Below are positions 26,762 through 38,915 of a stretch of 64,000 bases of DNA, in pieces. Numbering within the stretch: position 1 is the first letter of the stretch; every line of letters begins with the position of its first letter. The stretch covers positions 156,364,001 to 156,428,000 of the forward strand of contig OZ320313.1 in assembly GCA_976226885.1 (NCBI GenBank), read 5' to 3'. A program made the translations under genes and the position numbers. Below the pieces are notes generated by a model. That model ran no database searches. It saw only the letters and a program-made list of their open reading frames with translations, and had not been told where the DNA came from. The stretch is from Iphione sp. A-MEVVRFRX5. Lineage: Eukaryota.

Positions 26762-26774
26762 GCGCCCCCTGGCG
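26762..26774 (-). promoter_or_regulatory. CTCF-like core CGCCAGGGGGCGC
   Basis: Plus strand gcgccccctggcg, followed by two tggcgtca motifs; motif match only. Confidence 0.35.
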
Positions 26775-29287
26775 TCAGTGGCGTCAACTAGCGCTGTCTG
26801 ACTAATTAAAGGCGCACATCCAACACGGTTCAATGGCTTTCATCCTGTCACACTCCGTGCATAAAGGGGGACGATTTTAAGGGCCTGTACGTCTTTTTCT
26901 CTCAAAAGGCAACCGGTCTCGGGCGAACTTGCGTTTTTTGTGTGTAATACTGATGAGATGGTTATCTACTAAATTCCGCTTGAGTTATTCGGTGCTGGAA
27001 GCAGAGCCAATTTAGTATTTCTAGTGATAATACAAGCCAGTAAGGTCACTGATTGAACAAGTACAGAAACGTGGTACAAGATTATACGCGCAATACGCTC
27101 TGTGCTTTTGTAAATATTTAGAGCCCAATGAAATAGCGACTACATGTATAGGAATACATGGCAATGTAAAGGGCGGACAAAATGATAAGATTTTACGAAC
27201 GAGCACATGGAACACGTTATAGAATTAATCAACAACGGATCCTTTCACGGGTCCTGGAAGCGTCCATTAAAGTTGGTTTCCACAACTCTTAGAAGGGGAG
27301 ATTCCATGGGTGCATGTCGCCCTGTTTCTCTCCCTCTCATTCTCCCTCTCTTCCGGCCTCTCCCTCTCTCTATGCCTTTGTTCCTAAATCTGTCTCTCAT
27401 AAATGTCTCATGGACATCGTGTTAAATCTGTATAAACTGTGCAGTTTTGATGTGGATCTCTTGGGAGTCTTGCTAAATCTGTGTAAATTGTTATTTTGTA
27501 CATATCCCTTAGATTTCATGCCAAATCTGTGAATTTTAATGCAAATCATATGCAAATTGAGCTGATTTGACATATCTTGTTCCATGTTTTATGATACAGT
27601 ACTGCGCATTCCTTCGATCGAATTTACTGCTTCTGAGTTACTACTGGTTTGTGTTGGTGCACGACTGTCACGAAATCTATAATCATTGCTTGGTATGAAA
27701 ATCACACCATGCACCCACATGCACCCTTACAAATAGTATCGACTCACTTGGCATGGGCCTAGTTCATTCTGATCATATGGAAAGTCGCCACACGTACGTG
27801 CTTAGTTTTATGTCTATGCATGGGCTTACAGACCACCATAGTGCTGTAACCACACATAATCGCTAATTGTTTGATGGAAGCCTGTCCCAAGACATATTAA
27901 TTCGTTATTTTCCAATGCATCACAGATGTGATACTATCGTGGTACTAGGGGATAATTATTCACAAGTGACCATAAGGTAGAGGTAAGTGATGTGTTTGAA
28001 TAAGAACCGACTAACGTCTTGATAGGCAGAGTACATTGAAGATATGCTGACCGCCAACAATGTGTAGATACGATACACAAAACTGTATGTATTCTCGAAT
28101 ATATTTTTGGAACAGAATCCCAGGATCAACGTAACGAAATCCCGCTGTATATAAAATATATTTAAAGAGTACAGTACATTTCTGTAAGAAGAACCCCATA
28201 GAAATCACAAACATTATTTTCAAAATAGTACCCCGAAAGGTAGGGGCAAGACGAGAGAGCAATGTATCTCTTCGTATTACATAGTTCTAGCTGGGGGCTT
28301 TCTTTCTCTATTGAACTATTCCTTTTGGTACAACATATGTAGTCTTTACAATCATCCTGTGCTGCCTTCACGAACAACAAAACGGCAAACAAGGGTAGAG
28401 AGTGTACAGTAAAAACATCTCGTCGTATAAAAAGTGAGATGTACTACTGCAGTGAGGAGCCATATTTTCCCCATATGCGCAGTAGGGTTCGTTTTTTGTA
28501 CATTGACCCGGTGTTCTTGAGAAGGCTTTTATCTAAAAGACACTCTTCATCGATCGTTGTCTGTAAATCTGAATATTACCAATGTTACAATCGCCCGAAT
28601 CACCCCACAGGGCTGGTGTATTTCCTATCTGTTTGTCGATCTATCTATCTATCTATCTAACTCGTTTGGATGAAGAAATTATATTCACAGCCGTCTTTCC
28701 GGCCTGTAGAAGATGACAAACTTGCAATAAGCGTAATTCTATAAAATACTACTCTAAGGGTTTCCAACCCCAACTTTTGGCCGTACTATATTCCACAGGA
28801 TAACTGCGCCTTTCCATTTGATTGCTTCCAACTGATAAACATACAGTGCATTTTCATCTGGGATCGCCCAAGTCAAGTGGAACGCCATTTCTTCTCGCCA
28901 AAACATAAGCCGAGCTGCCAAAAAATCAGAACTTGTTAGATTTCAAGGATATGTCGCCGGCAGGCATCGATCGCCCAGCTGGGAGGCGTCCATAATAGGC
29001 CAATTTGTTGCTCATGAGTCGAATATCAACAATCGGGGCTAAACAAGAAGCGTTGTTGCGGTAATGAGGGGCCGTGATTAGGGTTAGATGATCGAACTCG
29101 GCCTCCGCGAGCAGCTCCTCAAATTAGATTATGGGGTAATTACAAAGAAATGAGCATTTTAATGGAGCTAGTGATTACTTATTCACGCTGCCCATTAAAG
29201 ATGCATAGCGTTGGGAAATCACCTAGCTTCTGGCAACCACTGAAAGCATTCCAAAATGACACATGACAGAAGGGAGGGGAAGAGAAC

Positions 29288-29290
<3 letters not shown>

Positions 29291-29332
<42 letters not shown>
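29291..29332. repeat. (GA)n microsatellite
   Basis: Read directly from the sequence. Confidence 0.98.
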
Positions 29333-29337
<5 letters not shown>

Positions 29338-32300
29338 CCAAGGATGTGCTGGCACGTCAGAAGAAAGAAAATATCTCATTTGACATATTTTTTTCCTCGA
29401 TCGAGAATTGACTCGATCAGCAGAGGCTAAATTAATGGAATTTCCATTCGGGATGCGATCACTAAAATAACGCTATCGATAAAAACCTTAAACTTCTAGG
29501 ATCCATTATCATTTGTGGGGAAAACTATGTTGTCAGTTTCTTTCCTTCAAAGTTACTTTCTATTTGTGATAACGGCAAAGGGCCTGTACAACTAATGTGG
29601 ATGCATTTAGCGGTCGTATAAGAAAGAATTCCTTTTCTGTTGGCGAGACGTGAACAGCACGAGTTTTTAAAATTTACATGTGATCCGTCAGGATGGGTAA
29701 ACCCAATAGGTTTTGCAGATTCATTCTCAGATGGAGGTCTTCAATTCTACGGAGAGGATTTTTGATTTCTTTAGGCCGAAAATCCTTATATTTACGAAAA
29801 AGAAATGTTTGATACGATAGAGAATTCACTGTATATATATATAGTACAACTGTGCCGAACGATATCATTAATTATGTCCATGACAATATTAGGACATCCT
29901 TCATACATTTCCGTTCTGCAATTGCCATTAGATGACCAGTCAGAATATATGAAGTAATCTATTAACCGTGACAAGAGACAGGAAAATTTGCTCAGCATTG
30001 GCCACCCATGCAGTTTCCAGCCGGAGTGGCGATGGCTCAAGCCCGCACTTCAGCAGCTCCGGAGATTCTTGGCTCCTATGGCCCTCCTGTCAGCACCCTC
30101 CTGCTTGGAGGGGGCAAGCGTGGGCCCAGTGGCCCAGTAAACGCTGCAATCAGTGACATCCTGGAGACGACCCCTGCTGAGTGGCTATCTCCCTCAAGAA
30201 GCACTAGTGCTCCAATCGGCGCGCTGGCAAACTCCCCTCTCAGCAAAGAGCGAATCTAATGGTATGTGTGTCTGTGTGTGTAGTAGTGTCTACGTCTCTC
30301 AGAGTGTCTTCCACCTATTGCCTCTCTTGCCTGCCCACCTACTTCCGACGCTATTTGTCTAGCTAGGAATACCTCTCCCCAGACGCCACTACACAAGAGT
30401 GTTATGGACGTAGTTGTCTGTAGTTGTCGTTTTTGTAAACTATGCATATTACTCTTTACTGCTTGACAGAATTTTACTATGTTATGACAAGCATCGGTTT
30501 CATGCCCGGCAAATACACGTGTTTGTCTTCAATCTCTTCCAGATGAACCTTTCGCTGTAAAAAAGAGAAGGACCGGGATTTACTTCTATTTGTTACTGAG
30601 GCAGATTGCCGACGAAATGACATTTAAAAAAACGGGATAATTATGCTCATTGTCATCACTTTGGGGATGTTTGGTTTCTGGATGTTGAAGACAAAACTCA
30701 TGTTCTCCAAGAGTAATACCATTTAAAATTTGCATGTTCAAGAGTGTTCATGTAAAATATACGAATTTTGAATGCAACAATTTAGTTATCAAATATTCGT
30801 GAATGATGAGCTTAATGTTTCTGTAAGATGGCACGACTGATTACATATATCCTAAAGTGTACGATGAAAAATGCATTTCAATGTATATAAATTGGGACAT
30901 GCAACCCCTACAAATATATTTTTAGAGGAGACTCTGGCAAGTAAGTGTTTGTTAGTTGTTTCGGAAATTAGTGAAAATCTGACTGTAGCAGAAAAGCCTT
31001 TCTCGTTGCGACATATGCCAGGAGACTGATCTGTTGCGGGTGATTGCTTTAAATGTATCATTGGCCACATCATATCAGCACTCATGAGGAATAAGGTCCT
31101 TATAGTCAGGAGAGGGCGGTTTGTGTGACCCTGTCCGACAATGACATTCTCCCTTTTCACTTATCGTCGACCCGTACCAAATGGAATCGCCCAGAAATGA
31201 TAGCTGCCTCCTCCAGTGCGACCTCCAGTCCATGGCGAAAATTCCACCTCTTGATCAGCTGCAGGACGGTTGATGGGAGATCTTCTGATGGTGAATGAGT
31301 GGTGGGTTGCTGGGTTTGGGGCGTAAGGAGGGGAGTGGGGGATAAAGCAGTGTGGGCGATGGGTAAGGTCGGCGCAGTTGGTCGAGTGGGCGCAATGGGA
31401 ATGTGTATATTTGTGTGTGTGTATGTGTGTGTGCGTGTGTGTGGCCGGGGGGGAGAGAAGAGTGCTCCTCCACTCAGTGGTCTGGCCATCCACCTCCAAC
31501 TCCGGAGAATACCCCAGGCAAATAAGTTCCAAGATCCAAGCCCTGGAGGTCCTAAATCAGGCCGGAGTGGCCGACGCCTTTGTGTCTCTGACCGCTGAAT
31601 CAGACGGCAGTCCAGCCGTAAATAGAGCCGGCCTCAACAGTCGGACGAGCCCTTTCGGTGACGTCTCCAGGACGCAGATGGAAGGATGGAGACGCGCGCT
31701 GGGGTAACAACCTAATAACAAAGTCCACACAATGGTTCGCATCCTCCATTTTCTGTTTCCCGCCTTACAGTCAGCGTGATAGCTCCGTGGTCAAACGGGT
31801 TAGCTGGGTGACAATGTGAAAAGGCCTTTCCAGTCCGACTGTTATCATAGAAAAGAGGCACGTGTGTTAGACTGGGAAATGTGGACTGGCCGTGGATAAG
31901 TTGTGGCGCTCGAAACATTACTTTGGCTTTATTACTTCGTCAGGCATCTGTATGGCAAGCTGCAAAGAAGCAGGAAACAAAGGTTTTATGCCTCGGGGAG
32001 CGGTATTGCAATGGATTTGCCGTACTGCCGCCTTGTACAGAGCCTCATTGGAAAGCACAAATAAGTGCCTATCTTCCTGTCAAGTCCGTTCCTCTCTATT
32101 CGTTTGATATGGCTTTTCCATAGTTTTGTGTTTCCGTTCTCCCATTCTTTTCTTCTGTCTTAATTTGTATTCCTCTTATATGCAGAGGTTTTTCGCTGGA
32201 ACATACAGGTTTAAAAACCTGTCCTTAATCCAAAGGAGTGACCATTGTGAACAATGAGGCACTGGTGATTTATAAAATCACTGTTGAAATTTCGAATAAC

Positions 32301-34042
32301 AGTTCTGACAGTCGTGGTTGTTAATGCTGGTAACTACCAGTAAGAGAAATTATAGCATTAAGAAAGTCGAAAATGCGTCTGAAGTAGACCTAAATGAAGT
32401 TACTCTAGCTAAGGTACTGAGGTCCAGTGAGTGGAATGAAGTCATCGCGACCAGGTCAGCAAGCCGTAGACCCACTATGCCTCTCTCGGTGTTAGTGGTC
32501 AATAAAGCTAGTCACCACCTCTATCCACTTCATCACAAGGCTGTCTATCGAGCCTTGCCATATATGGTTGTCACGACAGTGGTTCATGGACATTTCGTGC
32601 GTTACATGTATTTACTGCGCAGATTGATGGACATATGCTGAGAGCGTCTATGAGAGATTCAACCTGGCTGTCTGTTTATAATGACGGTTAGAAATTCAAT
32701 GTCTTCTGTAGCCGATGAATCCTTTGATGTTGTGATTTTCGTTTCGCACTTTGAATAAACCTAGCGAATCGTTCCTATCAAACAGGCTAGGTTTCAAATT
32801 TAACTCACTTGATTTTCTAACGATACAAAATTAGAATACTGAAGATATGTGGTAAACTCCCAGTGTGACCTCTTCACACCTTTATATGCTTGGGATGCTT
32901 TCATTTTCTCCAACTGCCTAGATCAATATAAATATTAGCAATGTTGCTGCCCCCACACCAGCCATATGTAAGACGACTGGATCTTTATACTTCTCCGTTT
33001 CTCTGAATGTCTGCAGGTCTAGAAACCCGACCTTCATTTGTATTAAGCAAGTTTTCACCGGAACGATTAAATCTTATTAGTGTGTAGGTGTATAGAATCC
33101 CAGACGCAATGACTCTATAAAGGCGAGTGCAAAACGTGAAATGTTTGATGCAAATCTGATTAGATGATATGTGAAGAAGCGACATAGTCGGACTCGAAAT
33201 TCCTCAACCAAAGCCGATTACTCTAGTGGATAAGAGTCCATTTCCGTCTTTCTATTTCGCTTCTTGTCTGTTCGTCTATCGGAAGCCTGTGGTATTAGAG
33301 AAATACGCTTCCTTTATGACAAAATCGTCCAGTGGCTTCAAAGAATCCCTCTAAAAAGTTGCTTGATGATTACACTTGAGTGTCTGCATCCATGGCCTTT
33401 AACGATATTAATGAACATACCCAAAACATACGGTATGTTTACTGGCAGAAGCAACAGCATTTTGAATATACCTCCAGCAGTGTGAAACACATGACACATC
33501 TGACAAATCAGCATGTTGGTAGTAGAACTGTATACATTATGTTACCACTACGGATGTACAAACCGGTATCAAAGGGCCATAGAAACTACGGGTAGAGTAC
33601 TATTAGATATCATGCTGGCCGGCATCTGGCAACGAGGGACTGTCTTTGTTATGTTTCCGCATCACTTAAACAAAATTATGTAACAGTTATCCTGGGTTAT
33701 TGAAAGAACGAAAAAGACACAAATAGTGGTGCCATCACGGTACCATTAAACCTATCATTAATGGAAAGAGCAGGAAAGCGAATCCTTATGCCGCGGCTGC
33801 TCGTCAAGGCAAAATCGATCCCTGTGCACTGATTGGCCGTTTTATTGACCTCCTGGTTCCCGTGCCACACCTCCAACCAGAGCCTCTGAAGTCTGAGCGA
33901 GGAGAAAACCTGTCGCTTGTCTAATACTTTCCCTAAACTACCACAGGTTCCCCTAAAAGGGAGTAAATTCCCGTCTACGTGCCCTGTCTGCTTTTTGATA
34001 TAACTGTGCTACAATACTAACTAGATAAAACTACATGGCTTA

Positions 34043-35841
34043 GGCAAAACAAAAAATTGGGCGGGTTTCTGGTTACACTGACTCCAAAACCTAGGTAGGG
34101 AGGGGGAATCTTTTTTGCCATTTTTTTACTTCCCTTCTGTGATTTTCAACAATAATAAAGACAATATGAAGAAGGCCTTGTATGGGTCAGTTTTAATACT
34201 GCATGCCTTGTATACAGACTTAGAGGCCTTTTCTATGTGTGCAGATCAAAAAAGCATATGTGGGGCCAAACTGCATGGAGTCTCCACACAACACAACAGG
34301 TTTTGGGTAGGCTTTTCCATGTGTACAGGTTATCTGCACTGGAATGTATATGTATATATATGTAGTTTATATATAATGTATAAGCCTAGTTATGATGTTA
34401 AATTATGTATCTAATTTGTATACCCTTTGCATAAAATGCACAATGTGATATACCTCACTTAAAAAAAACACAATTTCTACCACTTTGCCGTACTTTACAC
34501 AAAAACAATTTCCATGGATATGCTTCACTTTCCACAAAAAACACACAATTTCTAAAGATATGTGTCATTTTCCACAAAATTCATCTCTATTCTATTTTAC
34601 TCTTTCCTATTTTCTGCTATGGGGTTTGCACATCTCCAGTCTGCAGCAGGGTGTGGGTGACCAGATTACTACTGATCAGGGGTTGAGACCCACATGTGGG
34701 GCAGGAATGTCCACATGTAAACACTTCTCCAAACAGATTTGTGCCTTTCTGCCTTCAAGCTTGCACAATAGTAGTAAATATCACATCAGCCAATGGAAGA
34801 GCCATCACACATGGTTTCCATGGGGTCCTGACAGGTCAAAATTTTGTTTTATTTTATTCTACTATGTCTATTCTCCACTATGGGGTCTGCACATCTCCAG
34901 TCCAAAACATGCTGTGGGTGGACTGGATCATCACCAATTGGGAGTCTGCACCTGTGTGCAGGGCAGGAATGTCCACACACATAGAAAGAGCCCTGAAAAC
35001 TTCACAAAAGATTTCTCCTTTCTGCATTTGAGCCAGCACAATAGTAATAAATGTAATATTGCCAAATGGAAAAACCATCACAGGGGGTTTCTATGGGACA
35101 CTGACAAATAGGCCAAAAAGAATCACTTGTACTCTATGCAAAAAATTCATGTTGCTTTACTAAATTTCCGGATTTAAAGTTTATTTTATATTGGCCTTGC
35201 ATATTTCCCTCCTCCTCTATCCTTTACCTAAATTGTGAATTTCCTGAGACAGCCATGAGAGTGTATATTTTGGGGAACTATGAATCATACCAGGACTGTT
35301 TCTTATACAGTGCTTGTAGCATGTTTTCCTGTATGTGCCACCGTGGTTTTGGATTGGAAAGGTTCTAATTTTTCATGGCCATGCATACATACTTGTACAG
35401 CAGTATAGGAAAAGTGGGATTGAATGGCCTTCTAAGCTATGTTTCATGTAAAAACAAAATATTTCCTCGTTTTCTCACACCTGTTCAGCAGCTTTGCCAT
35501 TTTTCTACAAATTTGCATAGATTTCTCTGATTTCCAGTGAAAATTTCATGAGTTTTGTCATTTTTCAGCCAAAATAGCATGAACTGTTCTTTTCGCTACC
35601 AAATTCTAAATGAAATTCATTGTTTCTTCCATTTGTAAAATAATTTGCCCGATTTTACTGATTTTACATGGATTTTGTTGCTTTTCTTTTGAATTTACCC
35701 AAAACACGCACTGTGAAATCATGTGTCTAAAAAAATTCAGCCTTTAGGAACTCTCTGCGGCAAACAAATTTTAGGTAGGGTAAAGTGTTATTGGGTAGGG
35801 ATGGGTTACCAGAAACACGCCTATTCTTTGGGTGTGGGACC
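34043..35841. mobile_element. ~1.8-kb non-autonomous DNA transposon, long member of the MITE family
   Basis: The left ~130 bp and right ~300 bp match the two ends of the 23846-24189 copy. Flanks TTA|GG...CC|TTA fit a PIF/Harbinger-type TWA TSD; a Kolobok-type TTAA is not excluded. No transposase ORF. Confidence 0.7.
34590..35100. repeat. Diverged ~255-bp internal tandem duplication
   Basis: ctatgggg...gcacatctccagtc...tgggtgac...ggcaggaatgtccaca...gcacaatagta.taaat...aatggaa.a.ccatcaca occurs twice. Confidence 0.85.
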
Positions 35842-38800
35842 TTAACAGAGTGAGGAACAGAAAACAAGAACAATTTGCTTGAAGGAAAACCTATCATTTA
35901 AGATAGCCAACTGAAGAACCTTCCTAACCCTTTAAATTGAAAAGTAGATAGGTACAGAGCGAGGTAGAAATGTTATGCATAATGTTTGCCTAATACCTTG
36001 AAGTGAGCACTTGCTATCGTAATACAACATTATCGATACAAGTCCTTATAAAAACCTTCTGAGTTATCTTTCCTTAAATGCAGTACGCTTGCTCTCAATG
36101 AAAGAGCGAAAACAGGTTTCTGCGATATGTGAAAGAGCCATATTTTCTGCAACATTAACTCTTGGTGTGCCACGTCCCTTTGAAACCTGCAGAACATGCC
36201 CTTTCTCTCAGAGAGACTTTGGATGTTTGTCTATTTTCTTATATTTTCCGTCTTATAATATCAAACAACATTTAGCTACCATGAGAGGTAAATTTATGAG
36301 GATTGCGGACCATTTATGTTCAGCCATGCACTAGGTCGTTGCATGCGTCATGGAATATTCTACTTAATGGATACCGGGTTAGAAAATGTTACATTCTGAA
36401 TAGTGTATTTGGTAGACGAGCTAGTTGCAAAAAGAAATATAACCCTGACCTAAACGTACCTTTAAAACGTAATGCAGCTTACACGAAAAGACAAGGTCTG
36501 ACACAAGCACTAACACTAGTACGGTACTATTTGAACGGTCTTTTCTTTTACATGACTCTCACATTTAGGGGGCATTTCTTGCCCTACCCACATACTTATC
36601 ATAAGCACTGACACGTACAAGCATTTAAATCGAGAGGGAAGTAGAGCGTGGTTGGATAGAATCGCTAGGATTACAGCTGCTCCCAATTTGCCCATCTCGA
36701 ATTTTAAAATGATATTTTTCGATAATTTGCCCCTCCTATACACAGGTTACAAGATTTACAATTGCATTAGGCCCACCAGGGCAGCTCCATTTATTACGAG
36801 CTTCTTGAAGCGAACGATCATGAATGAAATTACTGAGTGCATAATTGTACTCGTTTAAAAAAGTGATGACATATAAATGATCATATTAGACCAGCAGCTG
36901 CAGTTGTGGAGAGGTTTACTTAGGCGTTCGCCTTTTATGCGTATTTATATCGAATCAAGCATTTTAACGTTGCACGTTTGCCTCTGTCTTCTAGCTCATG
37001 AACAAACACTACTTCATTACTCGGGATAACTAAAAATACAAGATAAATATGCAAGAGAAGCGCAGTTGGACTTTGTACCTAATTGGAACAGCTGCATTCC
37101 AGTAGCTTGACGATGCTACGTTCCTCCGGCGGTGACCGACAAGATCACCACCCTGTCTGACCAGAAGCTGACCTCAGTGGAAAAGGTGGTCCCGCTACTG
37201 ACCCTTACTAATGTTACCTTAAGATCTGGACAAGCGCGCAGCACCGAATACCTTCAAATGTCTTACTGTCAGATCCGTCTGTGTTTTCGAAATCGCAACG
37301 TAACATATTAAGTGAGCTATACTGTGTGTCCAAGAATTCATGATGTGAGAAAATATATTAACATCATGCACGCTGAAATAATCATGATTTCTTCATAGAA
37401 ATAAAACGCAACGCGTCGGTGGCATAACTGGAAAAGTACGACGTGAAACATTGAAGGTCATTCGTAATAAACACATTCAAATAAATGCCTGATTCCCTGT
37501 CCTTTTAGGAGAACGTAGACATTAAGGATCGACATTTCGAAAAAAGAATGGGAAATTCGTTTGGGAGCCATTGTTGAATCCCTGACAGACCACAACAGAA
37601 CATCTTTACGAATTAGGAATGACCATCAAATTACCCCTTACTGATGGCAATGTCCGAATTATATCCTCAGTAATCGCCTCATACATTAACAATAGGACGG
37701 TAATTGCCTAATTAATGTTTTCTCTGCAGATGGATGAAAATGGTCTTAATGATGATGCGAATCGTGTTTGAATAATATCGTCATTACTGTCAACTGGAAA
37801 AAGATTAATGAATATAGTGATAATTAATAGATTCCAGTAATATAATATAAAGCTGCATATGGTATGTGCATATACTTCATCCGTTCCATGATTAGTTAAC
37901 ATGCCACACATGCCGAGGTTTCGATCGTTTCCCATTTGGATGGATACAAGAATGCTAAATATAATTGTCATGCGGAAATCCTTCTCATTATTGCCTACTG
38001 TTTTCTTTGCACCTGACCTTTTCCTGGTCGAGGTGCGGGGTTGGCCGTGTCACCGCCTATACCACCTTATCCAGGCATTAGGAAGCATTATGCCCAACAT
38101 CCGGGGCTTCCACCTCGGCAAAGTAATGCCCCCGGGCGAAGTCTGGCAAAGCGCGCATGCGATAACCACACGGGGCTTCCTGTCTGAGACCGGGGCGTAA
38201 TGGCTCTGAGCCAATGACTTGGTGTGTGTTCGGAAGATGGTTGGGGAACAGAGTGAGAAATAAGAAAGATAGAAAAATACGGATAGCTACGAGGGGAAAA
38301 GAGACCACGCGGCGGCATGAAAAGTGAGGGGGAAATAGTTTAAGAAGACGGAAGTTAGGGTCTGAGGGCCAGTCGTTACCGTGCTGTTTGAGAACCTTGT
38401 CCTTATATAAGATTTATTAGTCATACATGGCGACCATGTTTGATAAGTTTTCACTCCCAGATGTGAGCCTGAATAGTGAATATAACCTTCTTAATCTTTC
38501 CAAAAGAACACTGGGATCACAACAATGACTTTCCGAGGCCTTTTTCCGTTCTCTGTACGTGAGGTTCAGAGTAAAATTCTGTTAAATATTCGTTGTATCA
38601 TTAAGGATGGTTTTAGACACGATGTATATTTTTTGCATACAGATTGTGAACCCCAAGAACAATTATTGTAGCAGGTGTCGCAAATAGGACCTGTAGACGA
38701 CCGTCTGTTTTGAAGAAAAAACATTCATTGTTACAATCGTTGTTTAGAGACTCGGTACCTATTGTCGATCTAAGAAGCCTCCTCTATTAAATATATGACT

Positions 38801-38853
38801 GGCAACATGGAAAATTATGTAGTCATACACACTGCGAAGTTTATATCCAAGTG

Positions 38854-38915
38854 TCGAGGTTTGAATTCAACACCGCCTTCCTCATCGAGGTTTGATTTCA
38901 ACACCGCCTTCCTCA
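38854..38915. repeat. 31-bp tandem duplication
   Basis: tcgaggtttga(a/t)ttcaacaccgccttcctca x2. Confidence 0.95.

Noticed and set aside
29333-29380. Strong minus-strand donor TGG|GTAAGT before the (TC)n tract
   Set aside because: Could be a 5' UTR exon of the nAChR, but no coding or acceptor support was found.
34485-35111. 208-aa ORF
   Set aside because: TTG start, lies in the internal duplication of a non-autonomous element, no transposase motifs.
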